Source: Paramecium tetraurelia (Eukaryota). Taken from it: a stretch of DNA of 64,000 nucleotides. The notes under the pieces were generated by a model. The model was not told where the DNA came from, did no database searches, and was given only the letters and a program-made list of their open reading frames with translations. This document shows positions 25,828-40,711 of the stretch, piece after piece (position 1 is the stretch's first letter; every line of letters starts with the position of its first letter). The stretch spans positions 248,001-312,000 of the forward strand of contig CT868263.1 of NCBI GenBank assembly GCA_000165425.1, in the 5' to 3' direction. Both the position numbers and the translations under genes were made by a program.

Positions 25828-28800
25828 TCACATTATTGTACAACATCCATCATCACCTGATTATTTGTCTCTCATGGGGTTTACTTTGTAATCCTTTATG
25901 GTGTAATTGGAATTGAACTCATTGATTTTTTAGTGAACTGGGTGGCTCTCTGTTGTTAACTCAAAATGTTTGTTTCTTATTTCTGATATTTGATCATGAA
26001 GTGGCACTTGCTTTGATTTATTGATTAATGCAATGAAATTATGTTGAATATAACAAATCACCACTATTACATCCTTGATTGCATACTTTCCACTCAACAA
26101 CTATAATTCAGGGATTTGTGATTTATTCACGTACTCCTCAATTTAATCTTTCAAAAACTTGTTTTAATATTTAAATGCGTGTGATTAGATTTATTATGAC
26201 TCTTTTGTAAAATCGATTTGATCAGCACACTTTTGAGCACATAATGCAATTGTCAATTATATATTATTATCACATTTATTTGTTAATTAATTTTCTTTTA
26301 TCACTTTTAATAACGACTTCATTCTATTTTCATACTTTATCATCTTAATCATAGTGAATGAATTATCAATCATATCATCTAAGATAACAAAGCTATTTCC
26401 CAAAGTTAACATTTTATATACATCTTCATTTTTAGTAATTTTATCATTTTGCACTTCCCCATATGAAATCAAATGATTAAGCATTAAATTGTAGAATACT
26501 AAAGAGTAATTGTATTTATTCTAATCATTCTATTGTTTATCCTAATTCCATTACTAAACTTATTTAAGTAGATCCTCTTTGTTCATTGAATCCCAAATCT
26601 TCTATTCTTCAACCGAGCACTCCGAAAATGTTTTATTATTCAGTTATTATTCATAAAATTATGTTTATTATTTTTATTACATTTCTGACATTTACTTATA
26701 CAAGATGTTCAGTTTCTTCAGTATTTCTTCAGTAGAGTCCACTTTGACATGACAAATTGGATTCATGATACAATCTATCTTTTCATCACATAATTCATCT
26801 TTCTGTTTGGTCAACTATTCAAATTCCTATTTCTATTTATCCAAATTTTATCCATGAACAATAACCTTCTAGATCACTCCTCCTTTAATTTCAAATTCTT
26901 GATTCAATCTTATTAAATCCTGACAATTACGCACAACTATTGGATTTATTGTTGCTTTGTACATTTTTTTATGCATAACAATATCACTCAATTATTAAAT
27001 CAAATCATAAACATCTCCAGTTTCTTTAATAATTTGAGCCTTTCCTATAAACGATTAAATACTAAATTTGTCAATCTCTAGTATTTAATCATACAGTTTC
27101 AATGCTTCCTCCTTTCTATCCAATTTTCTCAAACATAAGGCTTTTAATCTCAGAGCATGGACATTCTAATCATCATTAATCAAATTGCATGTCTAGATTG
27201 ATTCTTCATACTTTTTTTGATCATACAAAATGCTGGCTTTGACAATAAATAAGGGAGGCAATTGCTCATCAATGGTCAAACCCTATTCAATGGTCTTTAG
27301 TGCTTCTTCAAACTTCTGTTAGACTCTGAGAACTTTAGCTTTGGAAGCATAAGCCATTACATATCTACTGTTGATTGATTATTCAAACAATTAGATTGCT
27401 TAATCGAATTTATTTAATCTGAACAAGACTTTTCCTCGATACCAAGTAATGAAGTAATTATCTGGATCTGATTTTTATGCTCCTTCTAATAATTTAAGGA
27501 TCTCATCTTACCTTTACTCCAGAATAGCCTTATTAATCTTGGCATAGAGGCAATTAGGATTGACCTTCAATGATTCATTAAACCATGTGTTTGCTTAAAC
27601 ACTATTTCCTTTCATGATGTATGCTTATCCCAATAATACATAATATTAACATCCATGAGTGCTCTTCTCCAATTCCTTAATGGCTTTATCTGGCTAACTT
27701 TGTTGAATGAATATCCAAGCTCTGTTGGCATGACATTGCTATTTGAATTGATCAACGTGATTCAAAACTTATAGAGAGAGTTCAAGACATTCTTTATATT
27801 TCATCTGATCTTTTTTGATTAAACTCATGAAATACTTGCAAGTCCAGGATTGATGATTCTATTCTATACAATAATTAAATAATTGTTCTGATTGTTTCAA
27901 GTCATTCAAATAGTATTTACAAATAGCATCGAAATATTCCAATTAAACACAATCTCTTACCTATTTAATTTATTGGATTAACTCAACTGCTCTTTGAATT
28001 TCCTTTCCCTTAGGTTTACATGAATATTCTCCCCAGGCATAAGCGATGGAATTCTCAGAATGAATGATCAAGTGCTTTACTAGTGCCTATTTAGCACACA
28101 TGTTATATGGATCACTTTTGATAAGTTGTTCCAACAATAAGATACAATCATATTTTGCATCCTAAGTACCCTTCTCAACTTTGGCGTAAAGACAATTGGT
28201 ATCTAATTTTAGTGCTTCTTTTAACCATGTATCTGCTTAAGTCTTATTTCCTTTTAGAAAGTAGAGTCTACTGATTAAAGTATAGTTCTGAGGATTTGGT
28301 TTAACGTACTCTAGTTCCTTTAAGGCCTAATCCAATTCATTTAATTCGATGTACATTACTACTCTCCAAAAGTGACAATCATCTTTCAATTGTCCTGTGA
28401 CTTCTTAACTTAGCTTCTTGAATTGTAAGACAGCTTCTTTGTATTTGAATTGATCCTTATGAATTAAAGCGATGTAAAATTTGGAATCAAAGATCCTGTA
28501 GTTATTTTGAATACATTATTCGAATACCACAAGTGCTTCAGCATTCTTATAATTGAAGTAATGGATTAATGCTTAGAGATAAAGAGTTGAATTGCATTTG
28601 GGAAGTTTTTGTACATGTTCTTATAACTTATTCATAAATTCTCCTCTAGGCCTACATGCATATTCCCCCATTGACTTGATAACTTAAGCACTTCCTTTTG
28701 TGATTAATGCATTGATATGTTCTCTAATCAATCTAGAATTAGTGGGGTCTTTCTCTATGAATTGGGTGATAACTTTAATTTATTGATCAATATTATCATT

Positions 28801-29403
28801 TTTTGCTTGGTTGTTTAATGCATAATAGCAACCTTAATTAATTTTCAATGCTTCTTTCATCCATTGCTGTCCTTATTGTTATTAATTCAATTTGAAATAA
28901 CAGTTTGACAACAAAGCATAGCAATAACTATTTTCACCTACATGTTCTAAAATCTTAGTGGCTTTTTAGTATTGGTTCAGGCTGATGTAACACTCAGCCA
29001 AGACCAGGTGTTTGTGTTTCTGGTCGTCTTTGTTCTCAAGGTCACCCAGAGAATTGAAGATTTTGAGTGCCTCCTCGTATTCTTAGAGCTCCAATTGTCT
29101 GAGCCCAAAATAGAACTTCTGTTCATCTGAACCTCCTAATTTGACCTCTTTATCCTAGAAGTAATTTAGAATGGTTTCTATCACATCTTTGTCTTAACCT
29201 TGGAGTTCATTAGAGAGTGTTTGAGCCTTCGTGAGTAAATCGGAGGAGGTCTTGGAAATGCATGATCCCAGTGGTATTGGACTCTTCAGCTAGTGCAATT
29301 TGATGAGAGTCTTGCACTCGATAAGTTTGTTTGGCTAGGAGTTCAAGAGTTGTTGTGCTTGTTCATAATTTCCACTTTTATAAGATTCTACAGGCGAATC
29401 CAT
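25828..29403 (-). CDS. Large TPR-repeat protein with C-terminal CaaX motif (~1191 aa)
   Basis: ATG 29403, ORF-track fragment 26287..26484 and TGA 25828 share a frame; repeated TPR-like helices (e.g. AYASKAKVLRVQQKFEEALKTIEQGL); ends GDGCCTIM. Confidence 0.88.
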
Positions 29404-29488
29404 TAAAATTTTAATAATGAGGTATTCGACATATGGGGTACCGTATTTAAATTAATAAAATAGTATTATTTATTCAGAGGGGGTCTAA

Positions 29489-31263
<1,775 letters not shown>

Positions 31264-31368
31264 TTGTCACTTTAGATTGTTAAGATAAATAAGATTACCT
31301 TTTTATATATATATTAAATCATAATTACTATTAGAATTCTTTAATTTATTTCTTAAAAGTTAACAAAA

Positions 31369-32324
31369 ATGCAAGAAAAGGGAAGTGCTTTTTATTTGAC
31401 ATTATTGATAATAATTTCAGTGTTATCTTTGATTGGATGTTCAGTCTTGTTATTTGATTATTTAAAATAGAGAAAAAGTGCTAATCTAGCAGCAAAATTA
31501 TTAGCAATATTGTCTATAAGTGATGCAATTTATGTCATCGCTGTAGTCATTAATCCTACCCCATGTACTCAATGAAATATAAATTAGAGATTGATGGGGC
31601 TCTTTGTGTAATATAGGCTCTATTGAAGTAATCGTCAAGTGTTTCCACATTTATCGTAAACTTTTTCTTTTGCTTAACTACATCTCTCACAATAGTGGAA
31701 AACATAGATATCACAGATGACAAATATTACAAATACATAAGGAATGCTAAATTTTTTTCGGTTCTATTTCCTTTTTTAATTGCTCTTATTCCTCTTACTT
31801 ATAATGGATACGGAATATAATATTATGCATGTAGTTTTAAAACTCAAAACAATTACTGGTTAGGAGAATTCCTCTTATTTTATGTTCCCTTTGGATTATT
31901 TTTTGGATCAAGCATTTATTTCCTTATTAAAATAAAAAGATTTCTCAGTGAAATCCAATCTAATAAATTAGGTCATGAGGATTATAGACTTTTTAGAAGA
32001 ACTTTAATTTTACAAAATAGTCAGATTGTTGTAGGGGAATAATATACAAGATTTCTGTTCTATTATACTCTTGTTCATCTTTTCTGTTGGCTTCCCATTA
32101 TTTTGAGTTCAATATGCGAGATTATATGGAAGAGAGACTTCGTATGGTTTGGAGGAATAAGTTATCTTTGTGCATGCTCATAAGGGTTCCTGGATTTCGT
32201 TCTATTCATGATTAGCAAACGAGTTTCTTCTCGATCATATGTTTAAGAAAGGAACAGTAGTTATATGTCTGTGGAACCAGTAGACATTTATAGGGGCTCT
32301 GTTGTATACAATTCAAGTTTATGA
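31369..32324 (+). CDS. 7-TM GPCR of cAMP-receptor (CAR/GCR1)-like family
   Basis: Seven hydrophobic segments; LSLIGC (TM1), LSISD (TM2), LCVIQA (TM3), YG...AC loop, FCWLP (TM6), SQGFLDF (TM7); one intron. Confidence 0.88.
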
Positions 32325-32482
32325 TTTAATGTTTTGCTGTAAATTATATATTTATTCAACTTAAATAGACTAATTATCATTCTTAATTACATTCAGATGA
32401 GCATATGATGTATCATTCATGACAGTAGTAATAAAGCTAAATTTCTTTATCTTCACTCTCGAATATCTGTTTAAATTAATAA

Positions 32483-33775
32483 ATGAATTTTATAAAGTCT
32501 CTATTTCACTAATAGAGTTCATAGCAAAAAAAGATTGTTCAAAAGAAAGAAGTCGGATCCTCCATACTAGATTCACAATTCACCCAAGTCAGACTTTAGG
32601 ATATCAAAATAATGTCGAGGGATTTTAGAAAATTGGATGAAATTCTCAAGCATTAGCCAGAAACAATAAATGAACAATTTAAGAGATGCTACAGCTTCCA
32701 TGTCATTTTGTCCAGCGATTACACATAATCAATAGAAATGATTCTCAAATATTTTGAAACTCATCAGCATGACTAATTTAAGCAAACATTTCAGTCTACA
32801 CATTCTAAGACCATGGCTACTTAACATGTGAATTTAACAATCCAAAATATCAATGATCAAAAAATGAATACTATGTAATCATAAAACTCCATGTTTCTCA
32901 ATGTATCTGATGTAAACTTAAAATTATTGATTATTTTTAGTAAATTTAAGTATTTGAACTGATAAATTAAAATGAATAAGGATTCATGAATATATACTTC
33001 AATTACATACAAAGAATCACACAAAACTTCGATGTCTATAGTTCCTGTAAATTTTAGCAATACCCCTATTAAGATGATTCACATAACCGTAAACTTTAAT
33101 TTCTTTGGCTCTTCAAAATAATCAATCTACTTAATTTTAAACTCAGCTTCATCCCCTATTTCCAATTCAATTTCAAACATAAATCTTAAAACACTCTCAT
33201 CATCCGAGATATAGCCTATCTAATTTATAAGGATTGTTTAGTAGAGTATGCTTTCTTAAGAAATGAGATCACCGAAATGCTCGATTCTTATTCCTAATTT
33301 CAAATTAAGGAATGTATAAAAATAACATTTATTTAGCCCTTCAATTCTATGAGTTAATCTTGATAATGAAAGATATCACAAGTAAGTTGACAGTATTTTA
33401 TTAAATGAGGTCTTCATTTGCTCTCAATTCTGAATCAGTTAGGGATGTAAAGTGGTTTGTAATTGAAAAAAAATTGATGATTGAAATAGATAATTACATT
33501 TCTAAAATTAAGTTGCTTAACACTACTTAATTTAAAAAGAGCCTTATGGTTCCAAATCAAAAAAATTTAATCTAAGACTTTTAAAACGCTTAGTAAGATC
33601 CAAGTCTCTTAGATAATTCATTACATAAAGTAATATCAATGTAATATCATAGGAACCAACAACTGCAAAACAAATAAAAATGTGCAATGAATTATTATAC
33701 TCACCTCTAAAATTGAAATAACTAAAACGTGGAGAACATTCTAGATAATAATCAAGAAATTGTAAGAATCTTTGA
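32483..33775 (+). CDS. ANTH-like domain protein (putative endocytic adaptor)
   Basis: FKRCYSFHVIL and IAYLIYKDCLVEYAFLRNEITEMLDSY...SLQFYELILIMKDITSKLTVFY resemble ANTH helices; 2-3 introns; 3' end approximate. Confidence 0.6.
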
Positions 33776-34570
33776 CTAATAATTACAACTTCAAATAAGT
33801 TATTTTTCAATTAAATAAAAACTCAAACTATTTTCCTAAAATTAAAAACTTAATTTCTTACTACTAACTCATGGACTTCATTTCTATTAGTAACAGATTT
33901 CTAGTCATCTCTCTGTTTCTATAAACTTGTTCAATATGATCTCTAAATTACTCATCATTATAATTTATTAACTAAATTTAGATAAGGCTAAGCCAAAGTA
34001 CTTTGTAGTTAATCAAACTAATCCATCACTAATAATAAACTTTCAAGAAGCATTCAAAATAATTTAATTAATTAAAGGTCTTAATTAGTTTCCTTAGCAT
34101 AATTGGGATTTCTTATTATAATTGATTGAATCAAAGTATATTTATGGAAAGCTCCGCTGTAATCTATTAATTTGACTTTAAATTCAAAATATATCTTTTA
34201 CTTTTAATGAAAATGAATTATTGAATCTTATTTGTAATTATTAACTCTATGCATAGAGTATTTTACTCGGAATAATAATATTCAGTAGATTTTTTGATTA
34301 TAACTTTAATTGTAACCAATTTATTTGATTATTTGAAACTGAATATGTATTCAAGCACATATATCTTTTCTATTGTTTTTAATAATAAAAATTCCTTCCT
34401 TTTTTGTTATAAAAATATAATTAAATAACTGATTCTAAATAAAATTTACTTAGTATATTGTGTTGTTCTTAATCAATAATAATGGTGAGTCATCTTTGAG
34501 ATTGTTTCTTAGTAATTCCTACTCAGATAATTTATAATATCGATATTAATAATATAAAAATTCAGTTTCA

Positions 34571-36097
34571 ATGAATAAGTATGAAGTTAAAGGAGTTGTA
34601 GGAGAGGGAGCTTACGGAATCGTGCTAAAATGCGAAAATAAAGAAAATAATCAGATTGGTAGACAGTTATTTCTATTATTAGTGGCAATTAAGAAGTTCA
34701 AAGAGACCGAGGATAATGAGATTGTTAAAAAAAGTATTTAGAGGGAAGTCAAGATGTTGAGACTATTGAAACACCCTAATATTATTGATTTATTCGAAGC
34801 ATTCAAGAGGTATTTATATCAATGATGTAAAAGAAAAGGGAGAATCTATCTAGTTTTTGAGTATGTAGAAAAGAATTTACTTGAAGTGTTACAAGCCTCG
34901 CCTAATGGTTTAGATGTATTACATTTAATATTGTAAGTAAGGATTCCTTAAGAAAATTGCATTTTAATTATTAAAAGCTATAGAGTTTATTCATTATCAT
35001 GATATTGTTCATCGAGATATCAAACCTGAAAATATTCTAATTGATAATGAAAACAATTTAAAACTTATTGATTTTGGATTTGCCAGAGTAAAGCTTTGAA
35101 TTAATTTTCGTAGAGTCTCAATTTACCAGACACTTTAACAGACTATGTCGCGACAAGATGGTATAGATCTCCTGAACTTCTATTGAATTATCAGACCTAT
35201 GGAAAAGGAGTAGATTTATGGGCCATAGGTTGTTTACTTTGTGAACTCACAGATGGAGAACCTATGTTTCCAGGAGAGAATGAAACTGATTAATTATATT
35301 TGATCCAAAAGACACTTGGCCCTTTAACACATGAACAATTGGAAGTATTTCAAAAGAATCCTAGATTTCTTGGAATGAAATTCCCTGAGATTGGAAAGCC
35401 TGAGACTATAGAGAGAAGGTATTTATAAACTAATAGAAATAATAATAGATATCTTGGGAAATTACCCTAGAAAGCTATAGGATTAGTGAAAGGCCTATTG
35501 AGGATGGACCCTAAAGAGCGTTTCACTTGTCTGGACGCATTGAAACATCCCTACTTCGCTGATTATCCAGAGGCACAGGAATATATTAAATAAATCGAGA
35601 GCAGATAGAATCATATCTAAAATGATGTTAATCAAAAAAGAGATTCTCTTATGAGTTAATAGAAATAACAAAATCAGATTGGACACACGAATCAAATCAG
35701 AACTAAAGTATTAATTTCTTAATTGTAGAACGTTAAACCAGTTCCTAATTTTTTGAGTAGCCATGTTTTAATGTAGAGTACTGCGTATAATTATAAGATA
35801 ACTGATTAACATACGGCTGAGAGGGAGTTGCCAAATATGAAGAAGACTACTTCAGTTGATAAATTGCCATAAACTCAATATAATGGATTTAGTATTGGGA
35901 ATGGTTTCTCCTTTGCGCCCTCCAAAAACTAATAACTAAAAGCAACTTAACCCATAAAACAATCTTAACCCTAAATTAAAATATAAAACTTGAACATTAT
36001 TTATAATGCCAATACTTACAATTACTAATTATAACAACAGCAATAATAATAATAGCCTCAATAACAATAAAGAAAAATAATAAAGAAAAAAAGTTGA
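34571..36097 (+). CDS. CDKL5: CDKL-family kinase, CDKL5/LF5-like
   Basis: [75 protein letters not shown]; six tiny introns; poly-Q tail. Confidence 0.93.
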
Positions 36098-36160
36098 TTA
36101 ATTTTAATGTTTTATTAAAACTAACTAATTAAATCTAAAATTGATTATAAGTTATAAATA

Positions 36161-37760
36161 TCATTCTAAACCAAAAATACCTTCCAATGCTTCATGAATG
36201 GTTGCCTTCAAAAAAACTTCCATTGTTTCCAGTTCTTCATATCTAGAAAACTTTACAAAACCAAATATTTACTTTGGCAATTCTAATCTGTTAAAACATG
36301 TATGAGCCTTAGGGTATGGATTTTCTTAATCGAAATTACTGGCTTAAATGCAGAAATATGAAATTTCTCCTCTGTTGCTCTCAAGTTTACTATTATTGAG
36401 GATTGTAATTACCTAAAGCCTTCCACTGGAACTCTAGTTGAACCAGTGCAAAATCTCAAAAATTAAGATAGTTCAGCCTAATTCCAAGTGCTTAAGATCT
36501 ACCAAAACCATATAATAAAGTAATCCTCTGCAGAACAGTCTTTATATATTGTATATTTGGACCAATCTTAAAGATCAATAAATGGAAGTCCAAATAAGAT
36601 CATTTCTAATTCCTAAGGTTTGAAAATTCTTAATAAGGTTTTTGGAATCACTTGATAGAATCCTGTCAGAAAATCTGAGAGATAAGGTTCTAAAAACTAT
36701 GAAGTGTAGTAGAATATACTAGGATGTGTTATAATTAAAGATACTTTAAATTGATATATTCCTAAGCATTAGAATTAGTTACTTTGATTTCACATCCATT
36801 CTCTTTTAAATTGATAGTCTTACCAAAATATTCTAACTAAAAGTAGAGATCTAATTAATCAGAATTATTATTTAATAAATATTGCCAAGAATAAAATAAC
36901 TAAACTGTTGATCTTATAATATTACATCTTCATCAAAATATTTGATGTCTTCCAACACTATCTTCTGTCTCAAGATATGTTTAATAATTGTACGATCTAA
37001 AAATGAACTAAGTGGGATTCTTTCAAAAAGACATTTTCCCACAATTATTCCTAAAAAGGAAAAGAGTTATCTTTTGTCAATAGTATTTGATTAAACATTA
37101 GGATTGAATTTGTACGTGAGTTCTTTAGTGTCAGTTTTTTACAGATATCCCTAATCGACTAATTATTATAAAATAGAAGTTGACCATTCTCTCAGCAAAC
37201 CTCCTGCATCCTAGACTTTTTGATCTTCCTGAAATTTTATTTTCAATTCTCCATGTAAAAGACGAGATTTCAATTTCATTATACTCTCCACTGAAGATTC
37301 TAATATTTGATTTTATGAAACAGATATAACAGTGCATCCATTCTAATGTATTTTTTATTAAATTTACTTGCCATGGAATTCTAAGTTTTTCTAGTTTTGC
37401 TCTGAACCAAACTTGCTTTTAACCAAAAGGTTCTTGTTAAATATTCTTTTTTATTTCTCATAGTTACCTATTCATTAATTTGGAGACTAGGGTTGTATTC
37501 CTTTAGTACCCACTAGAATCCTTATTCGTTTTAAACCTTTTCCCAATATTTGATTCCTCGATAATCTTCTATTCTATTTATATTTTATTAAGAAGACAAT
37601 AGGCAATTATCTAAGTGATCATTAAACTTCAAATTTAATTTATCTATATTACAGCATGATTAGTTGTGTAAGATGGGAAAAGTTATTAACACTTTGGACA
37701 CTCAACTTCCCTTCCAAGAGTTGTTTGACTCGGAGATTTAATTGAACAGCAACACCCCAT
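36161..37760 (-). CDS. HECT E3 ubiquitin ligase with MGCCC N-terminus and UBZ-like zinc finger
   Basis: QDAGGLLREW, FLKFCTGSTRVP, YPKAHTCFNRLELP (catalytic Cys), C-terminal FGLE; N-terminal CPKC...NDHLDNCL. Confidence 0.93.
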
Positions 37761-38402
37761 TAGATTAAATTATAAACTAAAAAAATAATATAATAACATT
37801 TAAGCTTAGCATTATATATTCTTAAGTTAAAGTCTCAATATTTACAATATACCCATCTTCTTATATTCATTTTTTAATGTAGTCATCACTGTTTTTTGTC
37901 AGTATGATATCTAGTCATACAATAATCATGATATATTTAATTGTAATTAATTTTCTTTTCTAAACCAATAGATACAAATTGAATGTTTTTAATTCAACCC
38001 TTACCACCATGAGATCCATGATCGCTCCAAATTAACATCACTATTAAACCATTCTTCTTTATTAAAAATATATTAAAGTAGCCTTAAGGTACTTCTTAAT
38101 TTCAAAGTATAATAGATCATTTCCTCCAACCCCAAAACATAATATGATAAAATAATTTATAATTAAAAAGCACTCTAGAAGATGAATCACTACCACGTTT
38201 TTAAATTAGAATCTTGAAGTTGACTTTCTATTCTTGTGTGAAATAAATCTTTATTTAATAAAGAATATTAATCTATAATTCCTTAAGATTATATTAGGTA
38301 TAGTATTGAGTGATTTTTTTCAATTTATTCCAAAATAACATTAATAATTTAAGGTAGATTTTGTTATTTATTAAGAATAAGATTTTGGTTCAAAAACAAT
38401 TT

Positions 38403-38882
38403 AATAAATTAATAATAGAAATAGAATATAAAAAATAAATGATATATATAATAAAGAATAAATTAGAAATAAATGGAATAAGAGGAATGTGAAATATGAA
38501 GAGATTGATATAAGTAAAAGTATGAGTAATAATAATAAAAATAAAAAAAATCGATGCCTGTGAGACTCGAACTCACGCGGGAAATCCCAACGGCTTAGCA
38601 GGCCGCCGCCTTAACCACTCGGCCAAAGCATCTAACTTGTTTTATTTATGACTTCTAATTTTTTATAAGATATATCATTATTCTTTTTAATTAATATATA
38701 AGCACATTTATTTTTATATTTTTATATTTCAATTATCTAATTTCTAATATTCATAATTACCCATTCTATATATTAATGAATATCAAACTAAAATGTAATC
38801 TCATTATTTCTACACATTTTCCTCTATATCTTTCTTCATTCTCTATATCCTTATTAACAAAAACCAATATTATTTTATAATT
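38403..38882 (-). repeat. Copy A of ~480 bp inverted duplication containing tRNA-Ser
   Basis: Reverse complement aligns to 57419..57899 with roughly 11 differences by manual comparison. Confidence 0.95.
38552..38632 (-). tRNA. trnS-GCT: tRNA-Ser (GCT)
   Basis: Cloverleaf: acceptor GATGCTT/AGGCATC + G, D arm GCCGAGTGGTTAAGGC, anticodon loop CTGCTAA, long variable arm, T arm GTGAG-TTCGAGT-CTCAC; T8 run (Pol III terminator) follows. Confidence 0.97.
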
Positions 38883-39335
38883 TATACTTATTATTATTCT
38901 ATCTATCAAAGGATGAATATAAGAATACTAAAATAGCAAAATTGAAAATATTCTATCAAAACAATAAATCCAGAATTTATCTTTTGCTATATCATGATTT
39001 AAACAAATTTTCTTATGAAAAATTCAATTGGGTTTTAATCGCTAATATTAGTTAAGAAGAAATTGGATATCTACAACTATTAGATCTTAAATAAGAGTTG
39101 TAATAAAAGATTTTTATATAATTTTTTATCATTTTTAGAAGAATCATAAGAATTTGATTTATTTTATAAAAAATCATTTTTCAAAAAGTAAACTCAAAAG
39201 TAATTTATTTAATTATAATTTATATAAATGATATTTAAGTTATTTTGCATATTCTTTATTATCTTAAGTTTGAAATAATGTATGCAATTTAATATAAATA
39301 TATAATTAATTTGCTTATTTAACTGATTAAATTCT

Positions 39336-40432
39336 ATGGGAAATGAATGTACTTAGAGTTGTAATATAAATACATCATCAGAAGTTGGATTGATAGGATT
39401 AACCATAGACGAAAGAGGCTAGATTAATAATGATGAATTGCAAAGAAATAAAATCAATTTTTCATAAGATGAAGATCTTAACATGCAAGCATCAAAAGCT
39501 TAACTCTTTAATATGCAGAATAGCAGTTCATATTTTTATTAGAATAAGGATTTAGAAGACGTTTAAGATAGTACAAAACAATCAAAGCAGCAGAGTAATG
39601 TTATGCAATCAAACCAAAATAAGAACAAAAAACTTGAAAAAAGACCCCCCTATTAATTTAAGAATGGTGCAATATATGATGGTTAATGGAAAGGAGTGTT
39701 TAGAGAAGGTTATGGAATTTAAACATGTAAATAAATAATTCATCACTAGGGCCTGATGGTGCAAAATATGAAGGAGAATGGATGAATAATCTTGCAAATG
39801 GAAAAGGTAAATTCACTCATGCTGATGGTGATATATATGAAGGAGATTGGGTAGATGATAAAGCAAATGGATATGGCATATATATTCATTTAAATGGAGC
39901 TAAGTATGAAGGATTTTGGAAAAATGATTAATAAGAAGGTTAAGGTACTGAGGAATGGATCGATGGCTCCAAATATTAAGGTAACTACTTAGCTGGTAAG
40001 AAAAATGGTTAAGGGTTTTATTAGTGGAGTGATGGTTCAACTTATGATGGAAATTGGTTGGATAATAAGATAAATGGCTTTGGTATTTATAACTGGTGTG
40101 ATGGAAGAAGATATGAAGGAGAATGGGTTAACAATAATATGCATGGTAAAGGAATCTATACTTGGAAGGATGGAAGAAGATATGAAGGAGAATATCAATT
40201 TGATAAGAAACATGGTTTCGGTAAATTTACATGGCCAGATGGCAAAGGTAATTTAATAAAACTATCATTAGCTTATGAGGGTCTTTGGGCATATGGAAAA
40301 TAGAATGGTCAAGGGAAATATGTCCATCCTGATGGTACTACTAAGGTTGGAATATGGGAAAAGGGAAATAGGGTTGCTTGGTTGGATGATGATCAAACGT
40401 AGGTACCTTAATAATTGAAATAACAATTTTGA
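39336..40432 (+). CDS. MORN-repeat protein with putative acylated N-terminus (MGNEC)
   Basis: Tandem YEGxW...GxGxYxWxDG repeats; two tiny introns. Confidence 0.93.
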
Positions 40433-40711
40433 TAATTAATACAACCACCATGATATTTTTATATATAGGCAGTATAATGTCGTTTTAAAATGTCTTCACG
40501 TAATTGCAAAATAATTAAATCTCTACATTACAATCAAAAATTTCATGCTTAATATTGAATATCAAATATCTACTAGTCGACAAGATTTTGTTGAAAATAG
40601 AAAAAAAACTTTGTGAAAATTAATAATTTTCAAAAAGTTTTAATGAGAACACTACTTTAATTGTACTTTATAGTAATTTGAAATATTTAAATGATTATAT
40701 GTGATAATAAC

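Noticed and set aside
34244..34259. Perfect 16-bp palindrome ACTCTATGCATAGAGT
   Set aside because: A rough estimate for AT-rich DNA gives a few such palindromes by chance in 64 kb; no second copy seen
37878..38217. Possible ~95-aa two-intron gene on the plus strand
   Set aside because: The model needs hand-picked introns and has no recognisable motif; not supportable without expression data
38552..38632. Possible suppressor, Gln(TTA/CTA) or selenocysteine tRNA
   Set aside because: The anticodon loop CTGCTAA centres on GCT, with a 7-bp acceptor stem, long variable arm and G discriminator: an ordinary tRNA-Ser
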